Source: Octopus vulgaris (taxonomy: Eukaryota). From it: 64,000 nucleotides of DNA. The notes below the pieces were generated by a model that was not told the DNA's origin, ran no database searches, and worked only from the letters and a program-made list of their open reading frames with translations. A program made the position numbers and the translations under genes. The stretch is taken from assembly GCA_951406725.2 (NCBI GenBank), contig OX597814.1, forward strand, positions 7,502,001-7,566,000, in the 5' to 3' direction. Shown in pieces: positions 13,092 through 27,341 of this stretch (positions within the stretch are counted from its first letter, which is position 1; each line of letters starts with the position of its first letter).

Positions 13092-13393
13092 AAAAGAGCG
13101 AAACCTCAAGAGAAATCAGTGAGGGATTCATCAAGTGTTATATTCTTTAGACCTACAGTATCCAACATAGCAACAAGACAGCAAAAGTCTAGTGAAAATA
13201 CGTACAGGTAGAATTTCCAGGTTGGTATATGTGAAGAGTTTGCTTTCTAGGGTGATAGGTGTGTCGGGTGGGTGCCCATCCATGTTTCGGGTGAAATGGA
13301 TGTCTAATACTTAATGCCTTGTTTAATATACCCACTATATTGATAAATATACGAGTGCATATATGTTTCCTTGACCTTTGGATTTTCAGACGA

Positions 13394-13449
<56 letters not shown>

Positions 13450-13456
13450 ATATCTA

Positions 13457-13497
<41 letters not shown>

Positions 13498-13705
13498 TAC
13501 AAAATTAAAAAATGGAGAAACATACTTAAATCAATCAAACATCAACCATCAGATGATACCCAAACAATACTTTATTACACCATTACATAACAGTAAAGGC
13601 ATTATACAAAATATATTGTAAATATAATTAGACAAGGAAATAGAAATATAAAATATAAAATATAATATGTAATTATATCATATCTGACAGCTGTTTCGGC
13701 AATAA

Positions 13706-13755
<50 letters not shown>

Positions 13756-13857
13756 TCAGGGTGAGTACTTGATAATTGTAAGCACCTGTATATACCGTTT
13801 GGTGGTGTAGGTGGTGGAGTAAATTAATCAAAATAAAAACATGATGCCAAGGATTCA

Positions 13858-13935
13858 GCGGTACATATGTTTCGGGCCTTTATTAGACGGATTTATAACA
13901 ATGCATAATGTGTATCTATGGCCTTCTTCAGCCGC
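13858..13935 (-). ncRNA. Type I hammerhead ribozyme motif (second Penelope-like pLTR family)
   Basis: Minus strand reads GCGG-CTGAAGA-AGGCC...GGCCC-GAAA-C-ATAT-G-TA-CCGC. Stem I is GCGG/CCGC, the loop is palindromic ATAT, the triplet is GTA, and the first stem II pair is an A.C mismatch. Confidence 0.7.
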
Positions 13936-14003
13936 GCACAATTACTATTTCAAGGATATGTATTACATCAAAAATTCTACGTTGGGGATTCATATATATA
14001 TTC

Positions 14004-14062
<59 letters not shown>

Positions 14063-14063
<1 letters not shown>

Positions 14064-15726
14064 TAGCAGAGTTACCCGGCGTTGCCCGTGTTACATACAA
14101 TTGAAGAATTAGACTTTTTGTAATATTTTCTGTAATGAACTGGAATACCTATGTTTCGAATTTCATCAAAATTACAGATGAGGGTTATTTCCCTCTTTAC
14201 ACACCCTAAAAAATTGTAATCGTGCCACATGTATCCCATAGTACTGATTTTTATGCGCATATTCCAAAATTCCAGTCTTATAGAACCTGTTAAAAGGATT
14301 TTGCTCCTGTAAAATGGAGCTCACGGAGCTCTAAAATGTTAAGGCCCCTATTGGGGGTGGGGGTCTTAATGTCAACCAGAGAAGTTGAACTTTTGAGAAT
14401 CTTTTTTACTTGGGTCTTATATGTACAGCTTGAATTTCTTTGAAATAGGAAATATATGTTCACTGGATTTGTAGAAGGGAGCAAAGCTACAGGAAACCAA
14501 ACGATGAATAACAATAAGCAGTCAGCTACAGTACCCTAGTCGTTACCACTCCCAATGTAGGATTCCTCACCATCCAGGTGACAGGCACAGCCGTAAGATG
14601 CATTACGAATCTATAGCAATTGGTAGGGCGTGACCCATCTGAAATAAACATTAACAACTATGTGACGTGATGGCCAAGGAGAAATGAAAGTTGGAATTTA
14701 CAAATGACCACTATGCTGATACGTAACTGGACAGAATAAATTTACAATCTATAAATGTCTTTGAATAACCAGTCACTCATCTGGGAAGGCCTTGAAATCA
14801 ATGTTACCATCTAGGGACTATGTGTGACCCAGTGATAATAAAAAGACTGAAAGGAGGTCTGCTATCAAATAACTTTACTCCACACTTTGCAACTGAATTA
14901 GTGGAAACAAAGATGCCTCTCATTTACTTGACAATTTATGCAGCACATTGCAGAAATCACAATTTAAGTGTATGTCAAAGCAAACTGTTACACTGTTGTA
15001 CCATTGAATTACAAATAATGCTTATCTGATATGCTCGGATGGCCCCACAGCTTCCAAGAGCACAACTCCATTTGTCTTTGCTTAGATAAAATGACTAAAT
15101 TGTGGGTGTTAAGTCCCCATGAAGGGGTCTTTCTAACTTGTAAGAAGATGAAATTTTATATTACTTCATTTGTATCAAATATCTATAGTTAAAATTTCAT
15201 CAACAGCAAAAATACATGAATTGCCATAGGGGTTATGGCCGTTATGCATAGAATTTAATTTCCAAATTTCGTAAAGATCCATTCAGTACTTTTGACTTAG
15301 TTTTGGATCATAAAAGAAATGACTAAAATTTGGGAGTTAAGGCCCCCGTTAGGGTGTCTTAGAATCCTCATGTGAAGTGGAAAATTTGAGAATACTTCTT
15401 GATGTGTGTTAATTACCCATGGCTGAAATTTCATCAACATCGAAAATTTATGAATTTTCACGGGGGTTCTGCCCCCTTTAAGCCATTTGAAATTCAAGCC
15501 AAACATTTTGTATTTTACCTGCCCTAATGCATTGAATATAAGTGTCAAATATCATAAGGATCCATTTAGTAATTTTAGTCCATGAAATTGTATGAAACAC
15601 ACAGCATTACCCTTCTCCCTAGGGTTGGATTTTGTGTTCCAAATTTTATGATGATCGGTGCAGCAGTTTTCGAATGTATAAGTGACACACGAACACACAT
15701 AAAGACATTGACTTTGATATAAAAGA
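14063..15726 (-). mobile_element. Non-autonomous Helitron
   Basis: Minus strand: 5' A|TCTTTTATATCAAAG...AAAACTGCTGCACCGATC..AAATTTGG; 3' hairpin CGGGCAACGCCGGG then CTAG|T. Confidence 0.75.
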
Positions 15727-15760
15727 TATGAATGTGCACATATACATATACATATATATA

Positions 15761-15813
<53 letters not shown>

Positions 15814-15904
15814 ATGTTTGTGTCAATTATATATATATATAGAAACACACACACAAAGATAAATTGATAGATACACCTGAGTGGGCAAACAAAAATATGA
15901 GATA

Positions 15905-16240
15905 GCCTAGTGCTTTTTTCATGTTGATAAGCCTAGTATTTATTCTATTAGTTTGTTCTTGTGAAACCAGTAAGTTATGGGGATGTAAATAAACGAACAG
16001 CAGTTGTGAAGCAGTGATGAGGGCGAAACACAGAAATAAAGTCACACACATACACTTACATATATACATACATATATATACGATTGATTTCTTTCAGTTT
16101 CTGTCTACGAAATCCACTGACAAGGCTTTGGTTGGTGTGAGATTATAGCAGAAGATATATGCCAAGTCACCACACAGTGGGACTGAACCTAGGACCATGT
16201 GTTTTGGAACCAAGTGTGTTACCACACAGCCACACCCGCA
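15905..16240 (-). mobile_element. tRNA-derived SINE (same family as 3782-4267), diverged
   Basis: Colinear with 3890-4265, including the GGTTCAGTCCC B-box on the minus strand. Confidence 0.8.
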
Positions 16241-16351
16241 CTATGTACGTGTTTGTGTATATGTGTATGGGTGTATATATGTATGTATGTATATATGTGT
16301 ATATATGTGTGTGTACATATTACATGTACATATATATATATATATATATAT

Positions 16352-17764
16352 AATCAACTAATAAGGGTGAGAAAATTGGATACTAATTTAATAGTACATC
16401 CATTTAACACCAAGTGGCTTAGTGCTTAAAAAACCTGGATTTCGATAAATTTTTACATAAATATAAGAGAGTAACCACTATGTGGTCGACTCTAGCACTA
16501 AAAATAGATCCGCTAGGTTTCAGCCACAAAGAATTGTTTCCGATGAAAGTTAGCACGACTACTAGCGCAAACGAACAAGGCAAATAAAAATAACAAAAAT
16601 GCAGATTAGTTCAGGACAATTGTTTCGCTATTAGTTCAGGACAATTGTTTGTGGTAGGGGCAGTAAGAATCGCTATGCAGGTTTAGTGTGACATCTAAGA
16701 AATTTGCCTTGGTAAGTTCGTTATCAAAAACTATGCTCATGCCCATCCTATTAAATAACCTAGCTAATCTACTTTTAGTTTTCTGTATCATTCTATTCGG
16801 GGTGTTCTGTAGGTAAAACAGACAATCGTCACGATATAGGCCGCCTCCGATGTCCGGGAATTGGTCGGATAATTCATAGAGAATATAGATTCCGACCAAA
16901 TCGGCAATCTGGGCGCTATCTGAACTTCCCATAGGTACATCGAACTCGTTGGGAGTATCCTTACGAACCCATAACTTGTCTTCAAACTGTATAAAGGATT
17001 TTCTGGCGACTAGAATTATATCAATTTCTTCTCTTGTGAGGCCTGCCTTATTATGTGCATGCCACAGGGCCTTATTGAGTACACTAGGGTTAATCGAGGG
17101 GTAGAAATTAGCAATATCGAACTGAATGAACTTAGTTCTGTTTTTATTAGGGATAGAAGAGAACCACTTTACGACTTGCGATGAGTTCGCCCAAAGGTTA
17201 AGCTTAAGCTTATTAACTAAACTAGGAATGTATTTGTCTAAAATGTACGTACTGATGGAACCGATGTCGGAACTAGAAGGGCATATGAGCCTTAATGCTG
17301 GATTGGTGTGGAAATTTGGTTTGTGGTCCTTAACGATGAATCTAGGTTGTCTTGGGTTAAGCGGTTGTGTTCTCATTTGAAGCCCATAATTTACCATAAT
17401 TTTCTTAATCTCCAAGTTAACTCTTCTCATTGTATTCTTATTTGTAGTTCTTATAGTTCTTCTGGATCTCTTTCCTGAGTAATTCTAAGTACTGGTTTAT
17501 AGGTATCTTGTAAGTGTTCCTTGTTTTGTCAGATTGGACCAGGATTCCGTCTGAGCTGTTGATATCCTTAGTAATTTTCCCTAGGTATCTGAGGTGTTTA
17601 TTCCTACGGGGCGACTTCCTGAATTTAATGCTCCTTACAATGCCCCATAAGTCGTCCTCAAATTTCTTCAGTCTGGGGTTAGGTGGTGGCGTCTCCATCG
17701 ACTTGAAAAGCTTCTTATATTCGGATGATGTTACGGACCGGTTCTGTTTTAAATCCTCGTTATC

Positions 17765-17765
<1 letters not shown>
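16352..17765 (-). mobile_element. Penelope-like retroelement: RT ORF (frameshifted, 3'-truncated) joined to a pLTR
   Basis: PLE RT motifs KDHKPNF..RLICP, FDIANFYPSI, PMGSSDSAQIADLVG, GLYRDD, NFLDVTLNL, PYHK; pLTR homologous to 10137-10440. Confidence 0.9.
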
Positions 17766-17808
<43 letters not shown>

Positions 17809-17865
17809 TTTTGGCTGCTCTTTCTGGTGGACGAATGGCCTGTTTAGGCCATTCCTAAATTGTTA

Positions 17866-17896
<31 letters not shown>

Positions 17897-18439
17897 GGCC
17901 TGAGAGCGAGATATTCACATTGGCGGCGGATACAGGAGTTCTGAAAGTATATTTTCCAAATACAGTATTTACTAGATGTAGGGGTGCGCTGGATTCAGGA
18001 TGGAGACGGCAAAAACGGCTGTGGCACCGAGGATATGTATATAATCTTTTATTCTTTTACTTGTTTAAATCATTTCACTGCGGCCATACAGCAGCACCGT
18101 CTTCTTGATGAGTGTGTGTTTGTTTGCGTGTGTGTCAGTGTCTGTGTATGTGTGTGTGTGTGTGTAAGAGTCTTTCTAAATATACTTGATATTGTCCCAA
18201 TGTTTAATGAAAGTTCTAAAATTTTATTGTGTCTGGGTTTGACTCATTCTCTTTTAGTGTTTTTTTTATTACTTTTGAAATTTATTAACTGTTTAAAAGT
18301 TATTTAGAGAATAGAATGTCACAAAGCCTTTGTCTGTATTTTGTATGTAACCGCTTTCGTTGTTGAACTTCTACAAAACACATGTTCTGGGGTAATGCGT
18401 GTAGAGAAAGTTGTTTTTGTTTATGGGGTTGAGGATTTC

Positions 18440-18800
18440 GGGTTTAGCTTCAGATTGAGAAGACTTATAAAGTGCCTTTCATAGCTGGACATTTTCGTCT
18501 TATATTTTGTAAAAAGGGAATATTTTCTATTTTCCATTTGCACAAATGTTTACATGTTTATTACGTGGACAATTTCTAAAAGATGAATTTTTAATTTACT
18601 ATTTGAGGACGTTCACACGGTTGGTGAAATTTGTTTCTGTTCCTCCAATGTAATTCTCGTCGAATTGTAGGCAAGTAATGCAGATGTGACGTTTTGTTTT
18701 GAAATTCATGTTTGCATTCATTTGCAATTCCTCTAAGTTCTTGATTTTGAGGGTTGTTCATTTTTCAATTCTTTTGACAGACCCAACAATGAGTCTCAAC
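18440..18800 (-). mobile_element. Penelope-like GIY-YIG endonuclease remnant
   Basis: Minus-strand peptide ITC..ENYIGGT..NR..KIFPFYKI..ERHFISLLNLKLN, the C-terminal PLE endonuclease pattern; many stops. Confidence 0.65.
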
Positions 18801-19089
18801 TGTTTGAGTAATACACATATATACACACACCCTCCCACAACCACACCCTCATTTACACACACAAATACGGAAATGCTTTGAGAGAAGTATGACAAAGCGC
18901 CCAGAGACATGGATTCCGAGAAGAAAGACAAACAACGTTATAGTCGATATCAAAATAAATTCTTTATTCGATTCGAAACAAAATAAACAAAAACCTGGAT
19001 AAAACCAGACAGAAAGAAAATATTAAGCAATGAAGAATTGTTTTTCAGATTGTCCATTTAGATGTATATATGTGCGTGTGCGTGTGCAT

Positions 19090-19186
19090 GTAAGTCGATA
19101 AATGAAATACCAGTGAAATACTGGAGTCGATATAATCGACTAGTGAACGCCCCACAAATTTCAGGTTTTATGTCTCCACTAGAAAG

Positions 19187-19255
<69 letters not shown>

Positions 19256-19272
19256 CATTATGATTATTATCG
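19090..19272 (+). mobile_element. SINE 3' part (CORE-like) with (ATT)n tail
   Basis: GTCGATAAATGAAATACCAGT..ACTGGAGTCGATATAATCGACT..AAATTTCAGG followed by (ATT)n; same motif as the satellite unit at 43241-45945. Confidence 0.7.
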
Positions 19273-19730
19273 ATAATTTTTTGATGTTTCGGACCGATGC
19301 TCTCCATAAGAAAGGAGTGAACGGGGAAAAAAGCGGGAGAGAATAAAAGAGTGATGTGTTTCATGTGCTGGTTAGAATGTGTCTGGGCGTATGAAATTTG
19401 TATTTGTGTGGCGTTTATTATGTGTGTGTGCAAACGCATAGGCATCTGGGGATATATTTGAACGTGTGTGTGTGTATGTGTACGACTAAGCTAGTGTGTG
19501 CATTGTGTGTATTGTTGTGTATGGTGATGATACCTATTTAGCCGGTGTGGGTGGAGGAGATGGGCAGTCGAATATGGGACGTGTGTGCTAATCTGAGTGG
19601 GTTGGGTATGAGATGAAGAGAAGTGACGAATTATGACCATTAGGAGCAAAATAATGAAGGGAAAACATTGATTCCTTTTCACAGCGAAGGCGGGAGTCAA
19701 GTACAGACAGATGTGTGTATATACATAAGA

Positions 19731-19921
19731 GGGATGATCACTATGAGGACATCCATTATGCTAGAAGTTGACCCACTATGGTCTTGCTCTAGCACAATGG
19801 ATAGCCACTTAGTGGTCATCTCTCATATATATGTAATGTAATTTTTCAGTATGCTAGACAACTGGATTTAAATTGATATTAATCAAGTTAATAATCAAAC
19901 TTTCACCCTTATTATTTTAAA

Positions 19922-19925
<4 letters not shown>
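19731..19925. repeat. Diverged inverted repeat, Penelope-pLTR-like terminus
   Basis: AGAGGGATGATCACTA..CTAG versus CTAG..TAGTGGTCATCTCT, followed by TCACCCTTTATTATT as at 10400 and 10950. Confidence 0.5.
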
Positions 19926-19967
<42 letters not shown>

Positions 19968-20659
19968 AAGAAAAAAACCTTTTATCAATTCAAAAGGAAT
20001 AATTAAATTACACCATTTAGAAAATTACATATAATAGAAAAGTTAAAATTAAAATAACAATTAAAAAGTAAAGATTAAGTAAATTACAAAAATAATATAA
20101 CGTATATAGTAGGTAGAAAAACAAAAGGATAAGCGTCTAATTAATCAACTCAATCAATTTCATTCATGAAAATACAATCAAAACTTTGAAAAAGTACAAA
20201 TACACTCAAATCCATTATATAAATTCGTTTTATTAATTTCCATGTATAAAATCTATAGATTTAATATATCACACGATAAAAAGTTAAACATAAACATTAT
20301 ATTAAAAAAAAACTAGTATATTTAAAAAAAGTACAATTTAATGAAAATATTATCTAATTATAATAAGAAATAAAGTCTAACCATTGTACATTCTCAAATT
20401 AAATGATATGTAAAACGTAAAATCTTTTATAACAATTAAACATCGGACGTAAAAAATACTATCAAGAAACTATAAATAAAAAAAAATATTACACCAAACA
20501 AAAGTAATAACAACAATAATATGAAATTCACAGCAGTACAATAATCAAATGAAATATAGAAACGATAAAATAAAATCAGACTTAGCTTTAGTATTTCTAA
20601 ATTGAATTCTTTTTCCTTGTAAGTTTGGATTTTATTCCCTCAAATAATATATATATATA

Positions 20660-21371
20660 TTTTTTTCATCCTTTGTACGGCCACACCTTGAATACTGCTG
20701 CCCACTGTGGTCTCCTCACACAAGACAAAACATCTCCAGAATTGAGTCACCCCAGAGGGCTCTCACTAAACAAATTGAAGGCATGGCTGCTCTCGACTAT
20801 TGGGATCGCCTTAAAGCCTTGAAACTTTACTCCCTCCAGCGTCGCCGTGAGCGGTACATCATTTGTACGATGTGGAAAATATACCGCCAACTTTGCCCAA
20901 ACGACCTAAACATTAGCTTCAAGGTTCATCCGAGACTTGGACCACGGGCTATACGTCCCCTGCCAAATTCAAGATCACAACATACATGTACACTGCAACA
21001 TAATTTCTTTTCCTCAACAGGCCCTGCCCTATTTAACATTGTCCCGAGGGAGATCAAAGAGGAAAAGGATCCCATCAACTTCAAACAGAGTCTGGATAGA
21101 TTCCTTCAAAGAATACCAGACAAGCCACCCATAATTGGATACAACTCACCCAACAAGAACTCACTACTTGAACAAAACTGGATACAACTCACCCAACAAG
21201 AACTCACTACTTGAACAAAACTGGATACAACTCACCCAACAAGAACTCACTACTTGAACAAAACTTGACTTAAACAGGATTCGAGTAATCCTATCAGGTA
21301 GTGCTATTAAGTTAGACATGGCCTGGACCAATCTCTGATCGAAACATATCTAAGTTTTTTTTTTATCTAAG

Positions 21372-21376
<5 letters not shown>
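20660..21376 (+). mobile_element. CR1/L2-group LINE, 5'-truncated 3' end
   Basis: LDYWDRLKALKLYSLQRRRERY..GPALFNIVP..FKQSLDRFLQRIPDKP; ends in a TATCTAAG-type tail; 43-bp unit triplicated at 21136-21264. Confidence 0.85.
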
Positions 21377-21453
<77 letters not shown>

Positions 21454-21541
21454 AATATAAAGATAGTATAAACAGTTATAAAATGGAGAAAAGATGTTAA
21501 AAAATCAAAATTGGATTTAATACATACGAACGATCAAAGAT

Positions 21542-22201
21542 CAATACAAATATGTAAGAAAATATTATTGTTGTTAAAGTTTTATTATAGTTAAAGTTAT
21601 GTATTTTCATACTCCCCAGTGTGGAGAATTTAGGAAGAATATCAAAAAAAATTATGAATGAGAATCAAGAATGAAACACAAATGGCGTAATAGGGAAGAT
21701 TTCACTGGATATTTACAAATAAGTTGTAAAAGGGGGAAAATAAGAGAAACGAAAATGCAAAATATATCAATGTGTCTGCAAGTCTATTTGTGCAATAATC
21801 ATCTATAACTTAATATGTCTAAAGGATATATTTAAAAAAGAACGTGATGTTTATATATGCTAGACACGTGTCTTTGTTTTCTTGTTTACACTATGATCTT
21901 TTACTATTATTTGCTCCAATTATCCTTTAGACATTTAAAGTTATAGATTTTTTGCAGAAAGAGACTTGCATATACATTGATATGTCTTCCTTTCTCGTTC
22001 CTCATATAATTTTTTTCATTTTTACAACTTATTTATAAATATTCGGTTAAATTTTCCCTATTAAATAATTTAGTTTTCCCTCATTTTAAATAATAATTAT
22101 TTTTGATGTTCTTCCTTAAATTCTTCACACTGATGAGAATGACAATACATAACTTCAATTATAATTCTTCTTATTATAATTTTTCTTACATATTTGTATT
22201 G
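21542..22201. repeat. Old imperfect inverted repeat (arms about 21542-21830 and 21921-22201)
   Basis: For example CAATACAAATATGTAAGAAAA / TTTTCTTACATATTTGTATTG and ATGTCTAAAGGATA / TATCCTTTAGACAT. Confidence 0.8.
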
Positions 22202-22229
22202 TTTTGTAGTTCGCTTGAAGTATTGTGTA

Positions 22230-22303
<74 letters not shown>

Positions 22304-22387
22304 GTCAAAATGCGATAAAAAAAATTATTATCGCCGGTGATCTAGCACAAAAGACATTTTAGCCATAGGCTATATGTTATTCATATG

Positions 22388-22538
22388 TAAGTACATTAAA
22401 AGGCTTCTAAAGGAAGAAGTGAGTACTAGATACACAAAAGTTGGATAAATTCAGTGAAATGTAATTTTCATTTCACTGAATTTATCCAACTTTTGTGTAT
22501 CTAGTACTCACTTCTTCCTTTAGAAGCCTTTTAATGTA

Positions 22539-22542
<4 letters not shown>
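22388..22542. repeat. Perfect 74-bp inverted repeat with 7-nt loop
   Basis: 22388-22461 is the exact reverse complement of 22469-22542; loop TAATTTT. Confidence 0.95.
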
Positions 22543-22598
<56 letters not shown>

Positions 22599-22622
22599 AA
22601 TTTATATATATATATATGTATG

Positions 22623-22668
<46 letters not shown>

Positions 22669-22746
22669 TGTATGTATGTATGTATGTATGTATTTATGTA
22701 TAGGAGATACATGAGTGTGTTTGTGACTGTGAGAATGCCCAGAACC

Positions 22747-25721
<2,975 letters not shown>

Positions 25722-26926
25722 GTTTATGGGTTTTTCTTCTTTCAAATTTGCTTCTATTTCTTGCCGAGTGTCTTCCCGAATCCTAGGGCAAAGAAACTCA
25801 TAGTATACATTGGTAGGCCATTAAACCAAACTCAATAGTTCGTTCATTTTTTTTTTTTTAAAGTTAAATTAAAATACATGAGCAGCAACAGTTCTCACAT
25901 CGACAGTGCTCTTCTCAATACATGTGATGTACCAGTTAAGACAATCTTTTGCACTTCTTGCAGGGATGGTAAGCCAGGGATCATTCTCATATAATTTTCG
26001 GTTCCCTTCTTGATCATTCCTAGTGCTCCTACGATCACTGGTATTGTAACCGCCTTGAGATGCCACATTTTCTCAATTTCAATGAGCAGGTCTTTATATT
26101 TTCTGAGCTTGTCAAACTCTTTCGCTGAGATATTATGATCACAGGGGATGCTCATGTCGATCAATAAGCAAACTTTATTGTTTTGGTCTTTCACAACAAT
26201 ATCTGGTTTATTGGCTTTGATGGTTCGGTCTGTATGTACTGGAAAGTCCCACAGAATGGTTACATTTTCTCCTTCAGTTACAGCCTCAGGGTGGTGATTA
26301 TACCACTTGTCGGCAGTTTTGATATTGTAATGCCGACTTATTAGCCAGTGTAGATATTGGCCAACTCTGTCACGTCTTAATTTATACTCCACTGGTGCTA
26401 ACATCCGTAAGAGCCTCGGCGGCACCCTTTTTGTTCAATGGGGAAAATATCGTTCTTCTCCATGAATGCATATGTTTTCTCCGCCAGGATAGATGTTAGG
26501 ATTTTATACGTGGTGGATAGACAGGTTTTAGGCCGATAGTTCTTTGGAAGTTTGGTTTCGTTATTCTTTGGGAGTAGGTAGGTAATACCACTTGCTAACC
26601 ATTCAGGTGTTTTCTTTGGATCTCTCATAATTCCATCGAGCAGCTGAATTAGCTAACCGTGTGCGCACGGGAGCGATGAGAGCCAGAAATTCGGCACCCT
26701 ATCTTTACCGGGGATTTCCAATTATGGGCCTTCGTGAGTGCCTTTCTTAGGTCTGCTATTGTGATGCCTTCCCATGCTTGTTGTTGTAAATTTTGGTAGG
26801 ATCCTTCTGTTTGTATAATCCAGTCTGCATTTATGTTGTACGTCTTCTCGTCACTCCAAATCCTTTCCCAAAAGTTTTGAACTTCTTCCATGGAGGGGGT
26901 CTTTAACGGTTACTTTCTCCTTCCCT
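25722..26926 (-). mobile_element. R4/Dong-type RLE LINE with internal deletion of the RT core
   Basis: HNWKSP..GITYLLPK..NYRPKTCLST.YKILT..EQKGCRRGSYGC joined directly to LAPVEYKLRRDRVG..ILWDFPVHTD..NKPDIVV..IDMSIP..KYKDL. Confidence 0.9.
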
Positions 26927-26956
26927 ATTATTATTATTATAATAATAATAATAATA

Positions 26957-27001
<45 letters not shown>

Positions 27002-27003
27002 AA

Positions 27004-27057
<54 letters not shown>

Positions 27058-27086
27058 TATTATTACTATTATTATTATTATTATTA

Positions 27087-27129
<43 letters not shown>

Positions 27130-27161
27130 CATCATCATCATTATTATTATCATTGTTATTA

Positions 27162-27243
<82 letters not shown>
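26927..27243. repeat. Imperfect (ATT)n microsatellite
   Basis: Directly visible. Confidence 0.97.
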
Positions 27244-27341
27244 GTTATACAGTGTAGTGAATAATCCATAAAGCACACTTATGTACTTTTCATCGTATCG
27301 AAGAATATCAAATAACTTGATAAACTTCTGCGTGATGTTTT

